DNA of 64,000 bases from Octopus sinensis (Eukaryota), in contig NC_043002.1 of NCBI RefSeq assembly GCF_006345805.1, positions 120,094,001 to 120,158,000 of the forward strand, given 5' to 3'. Below, piece by piece: positions 27,529 through 39,768 of this stretch. Both the position numbers and the translations under genes were made by a program. Below the pieces are notes generated by a model. The model was not told the origin of the DNA. It did not search any database and saw only the letters and a program-made list of their open reading frames with translations. Within the stretch, counting starts at the first letter, position 1; every line of letters begins with the position of its first letter.

Positions 27529-30500
27529 ATGATCAAGATTGGTTGTGTAAATGCGCGTGGCTTGGGGTCCCCTTGGAAACAAGGGTACCTCTTAAATGAC
27601 ATAAAGTCACATAAGTTAGAAATCATAGCCATAAGTGAGACCAGCCTCCACAATCCGCGGGCCCTAAAGACCATGTTGGCGGACAGTTCAACATTTATTT
27701 TTCCCCCTGTCTGCCGAGAATGGGCGGTAGTGGCACCGCGGTACTTTTTCACAAGAGTCTGGATCTCAAAGTAAGGACAATATTCGTAGACCCGGAGGGT
27801 AGACTGGTCGTCCTGGATGTCGACGGCAGCAATGGGTGCGCGTTTCGACTCGTATCAGTTTACGCACCGCCCTAACAGGTCGGGCGGATTTCTTTCAACG
27901 TCTAGAAGTATTCTTGGGAACGTCTCGTCCTTTACTCTTAGTGGGGGATTGGAATGCTACCTTGGACCGCATGTAGACTACGTGGGTAGAGATAGGAATA
28001 GACGGGATGCAAATGCCTCAGAGACCTGCTCAGACGCTTTCAACTGTCTGACAGGTTCCGACTAGACCACCCGAATGCGCCAACGTGGACATGGAGCAAC
28101 CGCATCGGGTCGTCGAGATCGTATCTAGATAGGATACTGTGTAGGACAGTAGATAGAGATATCATAGGATGTCCACAATTCCACATAGTCAGCTACACGG
28201 ATCACAAACTTGTGACATGTACGCTAGACTTAGGTAAGACACTTAGGCAGGGTCCCGGATACTGGAAACTAAACGCGTCTTTCCCATCGAGACAGGTTTT
28301 CAGAGACCGGATTAGCACACTAGTAAAGAGGGCTTTGACGGGAGCCATCATCAACAACAAATGGTGGTTTGCCCTCAAGAGAGCAGTAAAAGCAGAAGCG
28401 ATTAGGTACAGCAAAGCACTAGCCATAGATAGAAATAGAGTAGAGGGTGAGCTAGTTAAGAAGCTAGAAGAGGCAATTAGAAGCGGCATCGCATCCGACG
28501 TTTTGGCGGCGAGGTTGGCCCTCGACCAACACTTCAACGCCAAACACGAAGGATGTGCTGTCAGAGCTAGGATGCGTGCTCTAAGGAACGAAGGTGTTGG
28601 AGCCGCGAGAGAGGCCCGGGTGGCAGAGGCGCAACAGGGCAACAAAGCCACCATTCGGTCCCTGGTAGATGAACAGGGGCGCGAATTGCTCGAGCCAAGT
28701 AAAATGTGTGAGGCCTTTCAGCAGCATTTTGCCCGACTGTTCGGAACGAGTGGAGGGCAAGAACGTAGGGTGGACTTCAGTGCCTACCTACATAGCCTAC
28801 CACGACTCTCGACAAGAAAGGCAGGGTGCTGCGAAGGTGCCATCACGGCGGCGGAAGTGCAGGAAGCGATGGCAGAATGCTCGGGGGATAAATCACCGGG
28901 TTTGGATGGTCTACCCTACGAGCTTTACAATTGTATGCCAGACTTGTTTGGAGATCTCTTGGCGGTGGTGTACTGCAACTGGCAGCAAAACGGGAGCATT
29001 CCTGGTTTTGTGAGCCGAGGAGCCGTAACACACTGCTGAAGAAAGATCTAAACAAGGGAAATGTAATAGATAACTTTAGGCCCATCACTCTGCTTAATGC
29101 AGACTTGAAAATTTTGTCCCAGGTGCTAGCCAAGAGGTTGGCGCTTGTCATCGAGAAACTGGTCGACAAGGCGCAAACGTGCGCCGTGCCAGGCCGGACC
29201 ATCCATGACACCTCCATCTGATGCGCTACATCATAGACAGGGTAGTTAACGAACCTGGCATGGGTGGGGCCCTGATCAACTTGGATCAATCGAAGCCTTT
29301 GATAGGGTAGACCATCGATACTTGGAGGCAGTCCTGAGAGCGGCTGGTTTCGGTCCCGTCTTCCGCGGCTGGATAGCTGCCTTGTACAGAGGCATCCGTT
29401 CGGTAATTCGCGTAAATGGACATCTATCGAGACCTTTCGACATTGCACGTTCGGTCCGTCAGGGATGCCCCCTCTCGGCGCTTCTATACGTATTGACTCT
29501 TGAGCCACTACTGCGGAAGCTGGCGACTCTAAGGGGCATCCCGCGAGAATTGGGATGCGGGACGAGCGTGTCTGCATACGCGGACGACGTCACCGTCATA
29601 GTGTCTAGTCACGAGCACATCGAGCTGGTCGGCGAGACACTGAAAAACTACGAAGCGGTGACAGGAGCGAAAATCAACCGGGAAAAGTCAGTGGGCTTGC
29701 GACTAGGCACCTGGAGAAGCAAGCCCATGCCGTCCACCAGCGCCTCCGTCGTGGGACGCTGGACCGACGGCCCGGTTGAGTTGCTCGGGGTCTGGTTTGG
29801 TCCGGACCTCCAAGTGGAGAAGAACTGGAACGAGATAACGAGTAGGGTGGTCACTCTCGCCCGGCAATGGGCCGAGAGGAAACTGTCCCTAAAAGGTCGA
29901 GCGGAGGTGGCGAACACGTACATCGCGTCCGTCATCTACTACCGCCTGACCGTCGTACCTTGTCCCGACCCTACCATCACCAAACTACAACGCATTCTCT
30001 TTCGCTTCTTGTGGAAAGGATGCGTCCCGATGTTCAGGCGATCCATTTGCTGTCAACACCCGTTAAAAGGAGGGCTGGGCATGCCGTGGTTGATGATGTG
30101 CAGATACGCGCTGAGACTGCGACATCTCTGGCTCTATGTAGACGACGGTGAACAGGTGTGGTCGCCGTTTGTGAGGCACGCTTTCCCGCAGCTCGTCTCC
30201 ATGACCGAACTGCAGTCGTGGATCAAAAAGAGGCCGAGGAAGGGCGAATGGCACCGCGAGTGTTGCATTGCTCTCAAGCAACTCTGCCGTCCTGGGTCGA
30301 CCTTAAGTGACTTCAACACAACCAAAGCATTCTATAGGGGTTTAGTGGAGGGGAGGTACGACGACGAGCTCGGGGCGAACCTGGACGTCGACGAGGAGTA
30401 CCTGACCCGCCTGTTCAGGACGACTTTCGGACCAGGGCCCATGGACAACTTCCAGAGATCCCTGGCCTGGCAGTGCTAACGAGAAACGCTACCCGTTCGG

Positions 30501-30962
30501 GATAAGCTCTACAGACACGGCTCGAGAAACACGGGGCCGACCTGCCCGAGATGCGGTCAGAGCGACGAAACCGTTCTGCACGCACTCGTTCAGTGTCCAA
30601 CAATTTCCGACCTGTGGGCTTATGTCGAACAACTGCTGTCACGTGTGGGACGAGTCGGTTTATCAGCTGAGTCTATCGTCAATATTGTCACGCCTCCTTC
30701 CTTCAAACGGGAAGGAAGAGCTATTTTCATCATCCTTGTGGCTATGGCGAAAGAATGTATCGGGTGGACGCGTCTGAAAGGATTGGAGACAAACACTTTC
30801 CTCTCTGGTCAATCTCTCATCAACTTCTTCAAGTACCACTTGAAAAGGAAAGTGAGAGTAGAGAGGCAAGTTTTGTCTAGCGAATGTTTTAAAAAAAGAT
30901 GGGTGAATGTAGCAAGAATGGCACGTATGAATGACGAAGCCACCTTGAGCATAATCCTATGA
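27529..30962 (+). pseudogene. LINE ORF2 (AP-endonuclease, reverse transcriptase, C-terminal zinc finger), about 7 frameshifts and 1 stop as assembled
   Basis: IGCVNARGL, IAISET, VGDWNA, YLDRIL, TDH, YWKLN, KSPGLDGLPYELY, NFRPITLLNADLKI, AFDRVDH, RQGCPLS, AYADDV, CPRCGQSDETVLHALVQC; the motif set is typical of the L1/Tx1 group. Confidence 0.92.
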
Positions 30963-31341
30963 ACCCAGAAATTGAAAACAGAGATTTGCTTATTTGCAAA
31001 AAAAAAAAAAAAAAAAAAAGAAATATAAAATGTGACTTCATTGACCGAGGTTACCGTGGTCTTTTCCGTAGGCTTTTCTTTCCACGGATAAACCTCACCT
31101 GTCCTCCCCTTTACACTTCATATTGACATTTCTGTGATAACGATCCCTATTGATCAATTTTTTTTCCTCTCCCCCCTTTTTTAACCCCCCCTTTTTTGTC
31201 CTCTTTCTCTCCTTTTACGATCCCTTTTGATCGAAACTCGCCCCTTTCCTTTTTTTTTTTTTTTTAAAACCTTCAAAAGAAAAGCTCTACCTTGTAATTT
31301 GTTCTATCTGTGTGCAGCCCTGTGTGGCTAATAAAGAAACA

Positions 31342-31401
<60 letters not shown>

Positions 31402-31402
31402 C
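31342..31402. repeat. (TCTA)n, right segment of the target array
   Basis: Read directly. Confidence 0.95.
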
Positions 31403-32204
31403 CATTTGTATAACTATTGTTATTATTCTTTTTCTTTTTAGGCCTCAACTTAGCCTCAGCAATACTTTCCTTCTGTGCATCTTGCACTCTTGATACACTT
31501 TCTGTCACAACCTTTGTATTTCTCTCTCAATCCTTGTCTATGTGCATAACTTGTCATAAACACATCATTCTATGAAGTTTTACTCTTCTCCATCCTATAT
31601 TTTCTCTTTGGTTAAAGTTTCAGTTTTATAAAGCATCACATAATTATATAATTATAGTTCTAAGCTGCCATCTCTCTTATAATGCTTATTCGGACTTCCT
31701 CATGGCACTTTTTGCTCTGTCTTTCAGTCTTTTTCCTTTCCTCCCTTTCTCTTTCTCTCTGTAAGAGAATGTATGTGTGTACATAGCTTGTATGCATGTA
31801 TTCAATGTAATCAATCGTGAAAATATCCATATTTTGCTATCCAAACATATTTGCTTCGCTTTTGTTTTTGAAACTATATATATGTTCTCCTTAGCTTTTT
31901 CTGTTCACAATACTATCTGTGAGAGCTGTGAATTGAAACCACATAAAAGAATGTGCAATTGTAATTTAGTAAAATATAATTTTTTTTATCTGATTCTTGA
32001 AAGTAAAGTTTTTAAAAAATAAATTAGAATGAAAATGACTGAGTATAATTCATAGAAGAAGATAAGTAATAGATTGAATCGATAGCATTGAGGGATATAT
32101 CTAAGGAAAACATTAATGAAAGGTTGAATCGAGTGAAAAGGGCGGAGAGTATAAGGGAGTTGGAAAGACGGTAATAACAATATAAGACGGTAATAAAAAT
32201 TATG

Positions 32205-32436
32205 AAGGCGGTGAGCTGGCAGAAACGTTAGCACGCCGGGCGAAATGCGTAGCCGTATTTCGTCTGCCATTACGCTGTGAGTTCAAATTCCGCCGAGGTC
32301 GACTTTGCCTTTCATCCTTTCGGGGTCGATAAATTAAGTACCAGTTACGCACTGGGTCCTTGTAATCGACTTAATACCTATGTCTGTCCTTGTTTGTCCC
32401 CTCTGTGTTTAGCCCCCTGTGGGCAATAAAGAAATA
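32205..32436 (+). mobile_element. SINE family C
   Basis: Near-identical to 11542-11775; GGTAATAACAATATAA at 32170-32185 and 32437-32452 is a possible TSD offset by about 19 extra bases. Confidence 0.85.
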
Positions 32437-35347
32437 GGTAATAACAATATAAACTAAGGACAATGACAGATAAAGTTAAACAACGATAAGAATATAAACA
32501 AACCGATTGATACAGGAAGAGAGTAAACCCATGTGTTTTTCTTGGAGAAGGATATACAGAGGATTAGTGAGACAGATATTGATAAGCAGTTAAATGGTGA
32601 GGAGAAACAAGCATGAATTCATAATGATTAATACGCTTCTGAACTTTGTCTTCTCTATTCATTATCGTTGATCATTGATCAGAGTATCGTCTGACTGTTT
32701 TAAAATGCAGTATGTTCACAATGTGATGGCACGGGTGTGTTACGAAACGATGTCTAGCTTGCACTATACTCTAGATTTAGCATAGAATGGTGTTAAGTGC
32801 ATATTTGATTTATTTGAATTGTTGAAGAAGCACTACTTAAGTAAAACAAACTAATAAGTTGAGGAAACTCACCATACTTACCTCTGTCTACACACGCGCG
32901 CGCGCGCGAATTCGATGTCTCTGAGTGGAAATCTCAAAATAATACCAAAATTAATTTCGTTATATATTTGTTAGTTTATAATCTATTTCTTATACAGCAT
33001 TCTATCCTTTTCTTATTCATAGCACATTGTTGCTAAAAAAAAATCTATATTCAAAAACCCAAGTCACATACGTAAATTGAAAGAATAAAAGGTATATCTA
33101 AAGAATTGAATTATTGCGAGCTTCCAAAATATGTTTATGCTAGTATTGTATTTTCCCGAGGGTGTTTTACATTTACTTTAGCACCTGATACATTGAAAGT
33201 AAATTGTTGTTTTAGTGGCGACTAGCATTTGTCTTTGGCATTGTCTGGGTCATTTCCAGCAGAAACACTTCAAATACTGCTCTGCCCACTTTATCGAACG
33301 TTTGTTTACTTTCTCAGGCTAGATACTCTAAAACAGAAAATTGAATCACATCAATGCATTAATGCCTAGTAATGGTTTTCTTCAGCAAGAAATATATCGA
33401 TTAAATCCAGGCTCAGAGGATATGACTGGGCAAGTGTTTAAGAATTCAACTCGCAGCATTTCTGAAGTTACATTACAATTGGGAGTGTCGTCGTCGTTGG
33501 TACATGAATAGTATAGTAGAATCCGATAAAATCATATTTATCCCAATATATTTTGCTAATAAAATAATTAGTATTAATGTTCATAAAGCACAAGAATAAT
33601 TTGGACGACAATGAAGTATCTGCCAGTTGAATATTGCGATGAAAGACAAAATATCGAGCACGGCTTGCATTGAAATAAGTCCCGAGAAATGGAAATTACT
33701 GTTGTTATGCATTATGTTCTGCTTCGAGTCGTCTATCACAAATAAGAAATATTAATGTATTAGATGACTGATACAATGTGCCAAGAATAGCTGTAGTTCT
33801 TGCTTATTTTGGATTTATGCCAATAAAAGCGAAAAGTTTGTGCTTGCTTTCTAGCTTTAAAACATTATTTCCCTAACTTTACCAGTGTTTAGCGTCATAT
33901 TATACCAGCACTTGTATTTATGGGGGTTAGCTTTATTATGTGTATTAGTAATAACATATGTAGCTTTATTTTATGCAGGACACCGTTAGTGTATGTGAAC
34001 CACCGCCATCTATGTTATTTCAAGAATAGCGCAGAGTTGCTAGTGTTTATGGTAGTATATTTAACGAATGATATTTAGAGACTTTTAGATAATGTTATCA
34101 TAATTTTATTAACTGAGAGGTTTTTGGAATATCTATTGAAGGGGATGGATAAAGGAGAACGCAATAAAAAATTTACATTAATCATCCAAGGAATTATATA
34201 TTTGGTTTTGTATATAAGTGCCTTTTTTACCTTTGTATGCTTTGGTGTTCTTCAATTTGCTTTTTGAATAAATGAAGTTAATTTTGTGTTTCATAAGATT
34301 AAAATTTGAAATTTATTGACAGCTGCATGGATATCCTCATAAAAGAATAAGTGATTTATTTACTAGTGGTTCATAAATTTAAGCACCTATAATTTCTGAA
34401 TATCTTTTGAAATTTATTGTTTAACTTCATATTTGCTCTCGAAAATTCAAACGCATACAAACAGGCATTTACGATGCAAATACAACACAATTGATATTTA
34501 ACCGAAACTCACAAACATAGACATATACACTATCACGTATACACACTGGCACATTATGTTGTTAAAATGTAGATTGCTTCAAACTGTTGGTAAATTTTCA
34601 GGAAAGAAAGAAATCCTTTGTATAATTACATATATAAACAAAAATTCCTTTCATTAAACTAACAAGTTATCTGCATAATAAATAGGTAAATGTCAATACC
34701 ATAAATTTATAGCTTGTTTTATGTTTTAAAGCCATTTAATCGTAAGACATTGAGCATTATTATATTTTTAAAAGAACATGTAAAGAGGTGTACTGGATGG
34801 CAGAAGTCGTAGCAGTTTCGGTAAATTCTTTCAGGACTTTTAGTACCTTTCCTACATTGTGATTTCGAATTTCATCGAGCACGAATTACATTTCTTTCTT
34901 GAATAAAAAGATTTTAAGCATTGTACTGACATACATTAAACTACTCTACAGCTTGCCACACGTATTCGGATATTTCTAAAGTAGTTATAAATTATTAAAT
35001 TAAGTAAGGCTACAAAAGAAATATCTGCTGAAAATGAAAAGACTTTCTATTGAATTATTGTCTCCAACAGAGACAGATACTTGCAGAGTATTCAGTTTCA
35101 TATTTTGCTTCAAATACAATACATGAATGAATGAATGAGTGAATGTATGAGTATATGTGCCTTCATGCCTGTATGCATGTATACGTTCCTGTTATCCTTT
35201 TAATGCTTCAGGTAATTGCGTTGTTCTCACATTGAATCCAGAGATTTAATTTAACTCATTATGCTATCGAGTTCTCTTTCTGCACCCACTAAAGTAACGC
35301 GACGTGTCACAACATAAACAACAAAATTTTGGACGCTTTTAAGCATG

Positions 35348-35543
35348 CAGTAATCCCTCGCCATATCGCGGTTTATCTATCACGCACTCAGTGCATTGCG
35401 GAATTTTCTAGTTAATACATGTACATTAATATATCAGTATATCGCGGGTTTCTTCGACCGATAGGTATATATATTTTTTAGATTTTAATTTTTTCTGTGG
35501 AAGGTTCTGGAACGTAACATCCGCGATAGTCGAGGGATTACTG
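35348..35543. mobile_element. pogo/Tigger-like MITE
   Basis: Perfect 13-bp TIR CAGTAATCCCTCG extended by TATCGCGG / CCGCGATA; non-coding interior; expected TA TSD not intact. Confidence 0.75.
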
Positions 35544-35585
35544 ATATATATATATATATATATCACAGTAATATATATATATGTA

Positions 35586-36472
35586 CGTGGGGAACCCAAC
35601 AGTAACCGGAAGCGATCTCTGTGGAACAAATCCATTGTAGTTCAGGCGTCCGCCGCTAGAGGTCACTTGATGTGACCCTCAGATAGCTGTCGGCTGCTGG
35701 GGTTGTGCTGTCACGTTATACGTCTTTGTTTTGAAGTGCTTCTCCTCTGTTCATCGATTTTTGCGATGGCTAAAACTAAGGAGTAGCGTGCTTCTGTGAA
35801 ATTCTATTTTCTGCTCGGGAAAAAAGCGACCAAAACATTTGTCATACTTCAAACAGCTTACAACGACGCTGGTATGTGCTAAACACAAGTTTACGAGTGA
35901 TTTTCTCGCTTTATGAATGGACACTTGCTGCTTGAAGACCAACATCATTCAGAAGAAGCGTCAACCTCCCGAACGAATGAAATCTTGAAAATTCATGAGC
36001 TGATCTTCAAGGTTCATTACCGAAAAGTTGACAAACTTGTTGATATAACTGGTGTGTTCTGGAGCTCCTGCGAACGAATTTTGAGCGAGGAATTGCGAGC
36101 GAAGAGCGTTGTAGCAAAATTTGAGCTTCGCTTGCTCACGGACGATCAAAAGCAGTTACGACTGTATGCGTGTCGTGGAGTGAAAGAAGATTTGGAAGTT
36201 GATCCGGACCTTTTTTCGAAGGTCATCACAGGTGACGAAAGCTGGTGCTAGGGAATTTACAGACGTCGAAGAGGTGAAGCAAAAAATGAAGGGGGCGTTA
36301 AAAGACATCATTTCGCAAGAGTTCCAACATTTCTTCGAATATTGGAAAACGCGTCTGGACCGATGCATTGCTTCAAATGGAAACAGTTTCAAGGCGATAA
36401 AAGTGTAAACATGTAAAACATAGTGAATAAAATAATGTTGCAAAATACCGGTTTCTCTTGGGCATCCTTTCA
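35586..36472 (+). mobile_element. Internally deleted mariner (Tc1/mariner) transposon
   Basis: TA flanks at 35584-85 and 36473-74; imperfect TIRs (CCAACAGTAACCGG / CCGGTTTCTCTTGG); decayed transposase from ATG 35766 (MAKTKE*RASVKF), SKVITGDESWC (first catalytic D), then a jump to the C-terminal FQHFFEYWKTRLDRCIASNG; rest of the catalytic core missing. Confidence 0.85.
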
Positions 36473-36630
36473 TATGTGTGTGTGTGTGTGTCTGTATTTG
36501 TACATATATATATATATATTGTATTTAAAAACATTTGTAGATAAATAGAAAGATAGACAGACAGAGAGATAGCGAGATAGACAGACATATAAATATATAA
36601 ATAAGTAGATAGATAGATAGATAGAGAAAA

Positions 36631-37010
36631 TTCTTTTAGTCATCAGACTGCTTCCATGGAACTGCCTTAAAGTGTTTCTAGTCCAATGAATGGACTCAAG
36701 TATTTTTTTAATATGGCACTTATTTTCTCGCTCTATTTTGTCGAACCTCTAGTTCTGAGGTGGTGATGGGAAAGTAACACAGGCATGAAGACAGGCACAC
36801 ACATAACCGTACATACACACACACACACACAGATATATATGCATATATATACACAACGAGCTCTTTTCAATTTCCTTCTACCAACTACACTCGCAAGTCT
36901 TTGGTCAGCCCAAGGCTATAGTAGACTAAACTTGTCCAAGCTGCCACATACTGAGACTGAAACCGGAGCCATGTGTTTGTAAATCAAGACTCTTACCACA
37001 AAGCCACATA
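36631..37010 (-). mobile_element. SINE family A, old diverged copy
   Basis: GGTCAGCCCAAGGCTATAGTAG...GAGACTGAAACCGGAGCCATGTG colinear with the family head; tail AGTCATCAGACTGC. Confidence 0.7.
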
Positions 37011-37592
37011 CATATTTATATTCATATAAATAATTTATAACGAAAGCTTCGATACAGGAAGTGTCCACTGAATTGGGTGGATAGATACGTGTATATGGCA
37101 CTATTAATACAAATACAACGCTAACCTTATAAATACGACTTACCGGATTATTCGACTGAAAATTGGTATAGTTAGGAAAGTATTATTTTGAATGAAGGGA
37201 GAGAACACAAAGTTTTCGCTTTCGTTGGCTAATATCCAAAACAAAATAATATCTTATATATTCTTGGCAAAATATTTCAATCATCTAATATATTAATAAT
37301 ACGTATTTGTAATAGACAAAAGTAACTTTCGAAGGAAATCTCGTAGCAGAACATAATGTTTTGCAGTTTTACAAAAATAATTTCATTATATGTATACCTA
37401 AACACACACAAAGACACATATTATAATTCATGTGCGTGCATATATATATATAAGACCAACACATGCACGCACGCAAACGCACACGCGCGCTCTCACACAC
37501 ACACACATATACTCACACAAACAAACATACAATTGGGTTTTAAATCTATGAACACCTATAGACTTGCAGCACCAGTAATTTATTTAATGACT

Positions 37593-37800
37593 GCGCAGGA
37601 GTGGCGGTGTGGTAAGTAGCTTGTTTACCAACCACATGGTTCCGGGTTCAGTCCCACTGCGTGGCACCTTGGGCACGTTTCTTCTACTATAGCCTCGGGC
37701 CGACCAAAGCCTTGTGAGTGGATTTGGTAGACGGAAACTGAAAGAAGCCTGTCGTATATATGTATATATATGCGTGTGTGTGTTTGTGTGTCTGTGTTTG
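37593..37800 (+). mobile_element. SINE family A, 5' half
   Basis: Intact head to the central TG tract, then unrelated sequence. Confidence 0.88.
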
Positions 37801-37854
37801 ATATTATCAAGTGGCCAGCATGGGAAAAATACCATACAAAGGTAATAATTTTTT

Positions 37855-37989
37855 TACAACTAAAAATAAGGGTGTCTGAGAGACACCACCATGGTGCGAT
37901 ATGGACATTTAACGTGGTTCTTATAGTCAGGGTTTTGACTGCTATTTCGGCATGGTGGTGTCTCTCAGACACCCTTATTTTTAGTTGTA
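37855..37989. mobile_element. 135-bp hairpin MITE-like element with perfect 39-bp inverted arms
   Basis: TACAACTAAAAATAAGGGTGTCTGAGAGACACCACCATG (37855-37893) is the exact reverse complement of 37951-37989; terminal TA could be a TSD. Confidence 0.75.
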
Positions 37990-37990
37990 T

Positions 37991-38025
<35 letters not shown>

Positions 38026-38045
38026 CTTGTGTGTGTGTGTGGGTG

Positions 38046-38100
<55 letters not shown>

Positions 38101-38160
38101 GTGGTGTGAGTGCGTGAGTCAGTGTGCGTATGTATGCATGTGTGTGTGTGTATGTGTATA
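37990..38160. repeat. (TG)n microsatellite
   Basis: Read directly. Confidence 0.95.
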
Positions 38161-38857
38161 TGGGCATATGTTGGGATATAGCTTTGTGCCAAATAGTCAT
38201 TACGTATTATTCCCTTACCACCATCCAGAATGTTGTCTGGCAAAGACGATTGACCATCAAAGGATTTATTACCAGCAGCTGGTCTACAGGACATCGCGAC
38301 AGATACTGACGCACTAAATAGTGTGTTTTATTATAATTTAGTGTATGCTATATTTCCATTATTCTATGTATGTTTCTTAACTACTTCATGTTTGTATCTC
38401 CAACTTAGTAACTTAGTCTATCCTTTGCCATTCCTTATCAGTGTCTTTTATACACCAATGCTTTCAACATGCTGTAGCTGATATTAAGAGTAAAACATTA
38501 CTTATGTAACGAGTAACTGTGTTACATCATCTGATGAGATGCTTCTACACTGTGGGATGCACGGTAATTCATTGTGCAGTTTCCCACCCACGTGGGAGCG
38601 ACGCAGGATGTATCGAGACGATCGTTATAATAAATAAAGTTCCCAGGCTTCAATAAATAGAATAGCAGTTGATCAGCCAAGAGAATAAAAATAATGTCAC
38701 AATAAATAGTCACGTCTTCTTAAACGTCCTATAGGGGTGAAATGCAATATATCCTCCGTTGTTTATGAAGCATATGTTTCGGCTAACTATTACAATGTTA
38801 GAAGAAAAATGAAACGTTATACCGGATCTGCCGAAAGATGATTTAAATCCTGATATA

Positions 38858-39275
38858 GGCGCAGGAGTGGCTATGTGGTAAGTAGCTTGCTAACCATCCA
38901 CATGGTACCGGGTTCACTCCCACTGCGTGGCATCTTGGGCAAGTGTCTTCTGCTACAGTCCCGGGCCGACCAATGCCTTGTGAGTGGATTTGGTAGACGG
39001 AAACTGAAAGAAGCCTGTCGCATATATGTATATATATATGTATGCGTGTGTGTGTTTGTGTGTCTGTGTTTGTCCCTCTAGCATTGCTTGACAACCGATG
39101 CTGGTGTGTTTACATCCCCGTCAATTAGTGGTTCGGCAAAAAGAGACCGATAGAATAAGTACTGGGCTTACAAAGAATAAGTACCGAGGTCGATTTGCTT
39201 GACTAAAGGCGGTGCTCCAGCATGGCCGCAGTAAAATGACTGAAACAAGTAACAGAAAAGAAAAAAAGAAAATAA
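38858..39275 (+). mobile_element. SINE family A, full length
   Basis: Colinear with the other family A copies; A-rich tail. Confidence 0.9.
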
Positions 39276-39702
39276 AAACCTTATTTCGAATTCTAGACAC
39301 AGTGATATGAGACACAAAACCACACTTTCGGCTTAATCTGGCAACTTTAGGACGAGAAGACGAACTACGACATCAAATGAAAAATCATTTCGTAAACCAG
39401 ACTCTATATTATTGGTCCAAAATGATGTTGTGTATGTTCTTTCGAAGAACTGTATCTTTAAAAAAGTTAAGTACTTCAAACGGCTATGTAAATTCCAGAA
39501 ATGAAATTTTTCCGATGTTTCCGCATTTTAAGAAACTCATCTTGTCGTGCTTTAAAAATTGTCCACTGGACACATCGGAAATATCTTTGTTTACGCTTTT
39601 CCAGCGATTTCTAATTAATCTAATTATCAAAGCATCTATTTCTCAGTTTTGATGATGAATCCATGGGTGGCTGTAATTAACAAGTCTTGTGATTTATTAT
39701 TA

Positions 39703-39708
39703 TTATTA

Positions 39709-39765
<57 letters not shown>
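39703..39765. repeat. (ATT)n microsatellite
   Basis: Read directly. Confidence 0.95.

Positions 39766-39768
<3 letters not shown>

Larger units (their letters stand above)
25110..31341 (+). mobile_element. Near-full-length Tx1/L1-clade non-LTR retrotransposon embedded in (TCTA)n
   Basis: 5' UTR, ORF1 with CCHC knuckle, ORF2 with APE, RT and zinc finger, ~380-bp 3' UTR; ORF2 region visibly GC/CpG-rich against the AT-rich background; (TCTA)n on both sides; candidate 19-bp TSD TATCTATTATCTATCTATC at 25091-25109 and 31342-31360 (the variant unit is not unique in the array); exact 5' end uncertain (25110-25121). Confidence 0.92.

Noticed and set aside
28843-29577. 244-aa minus-strand ORF
   Set aside because: Antisense to the GC-rich RT region; no recognisable motifs.
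33400-33700. Faint Tc1/mariner-like peptide (STRSISE..LGVSSSLVH)
   Set aside because: One short motif only, with no DDE residues or TIRs.
38531-38625. CTGATGAG ... GAGAC-GATCGT hammerhead-like arrangement
   Set aside because: GAGA instead of GAAA, no convincing stem I, single copy; an 8-mer like this is expected by chance in 64 kb.
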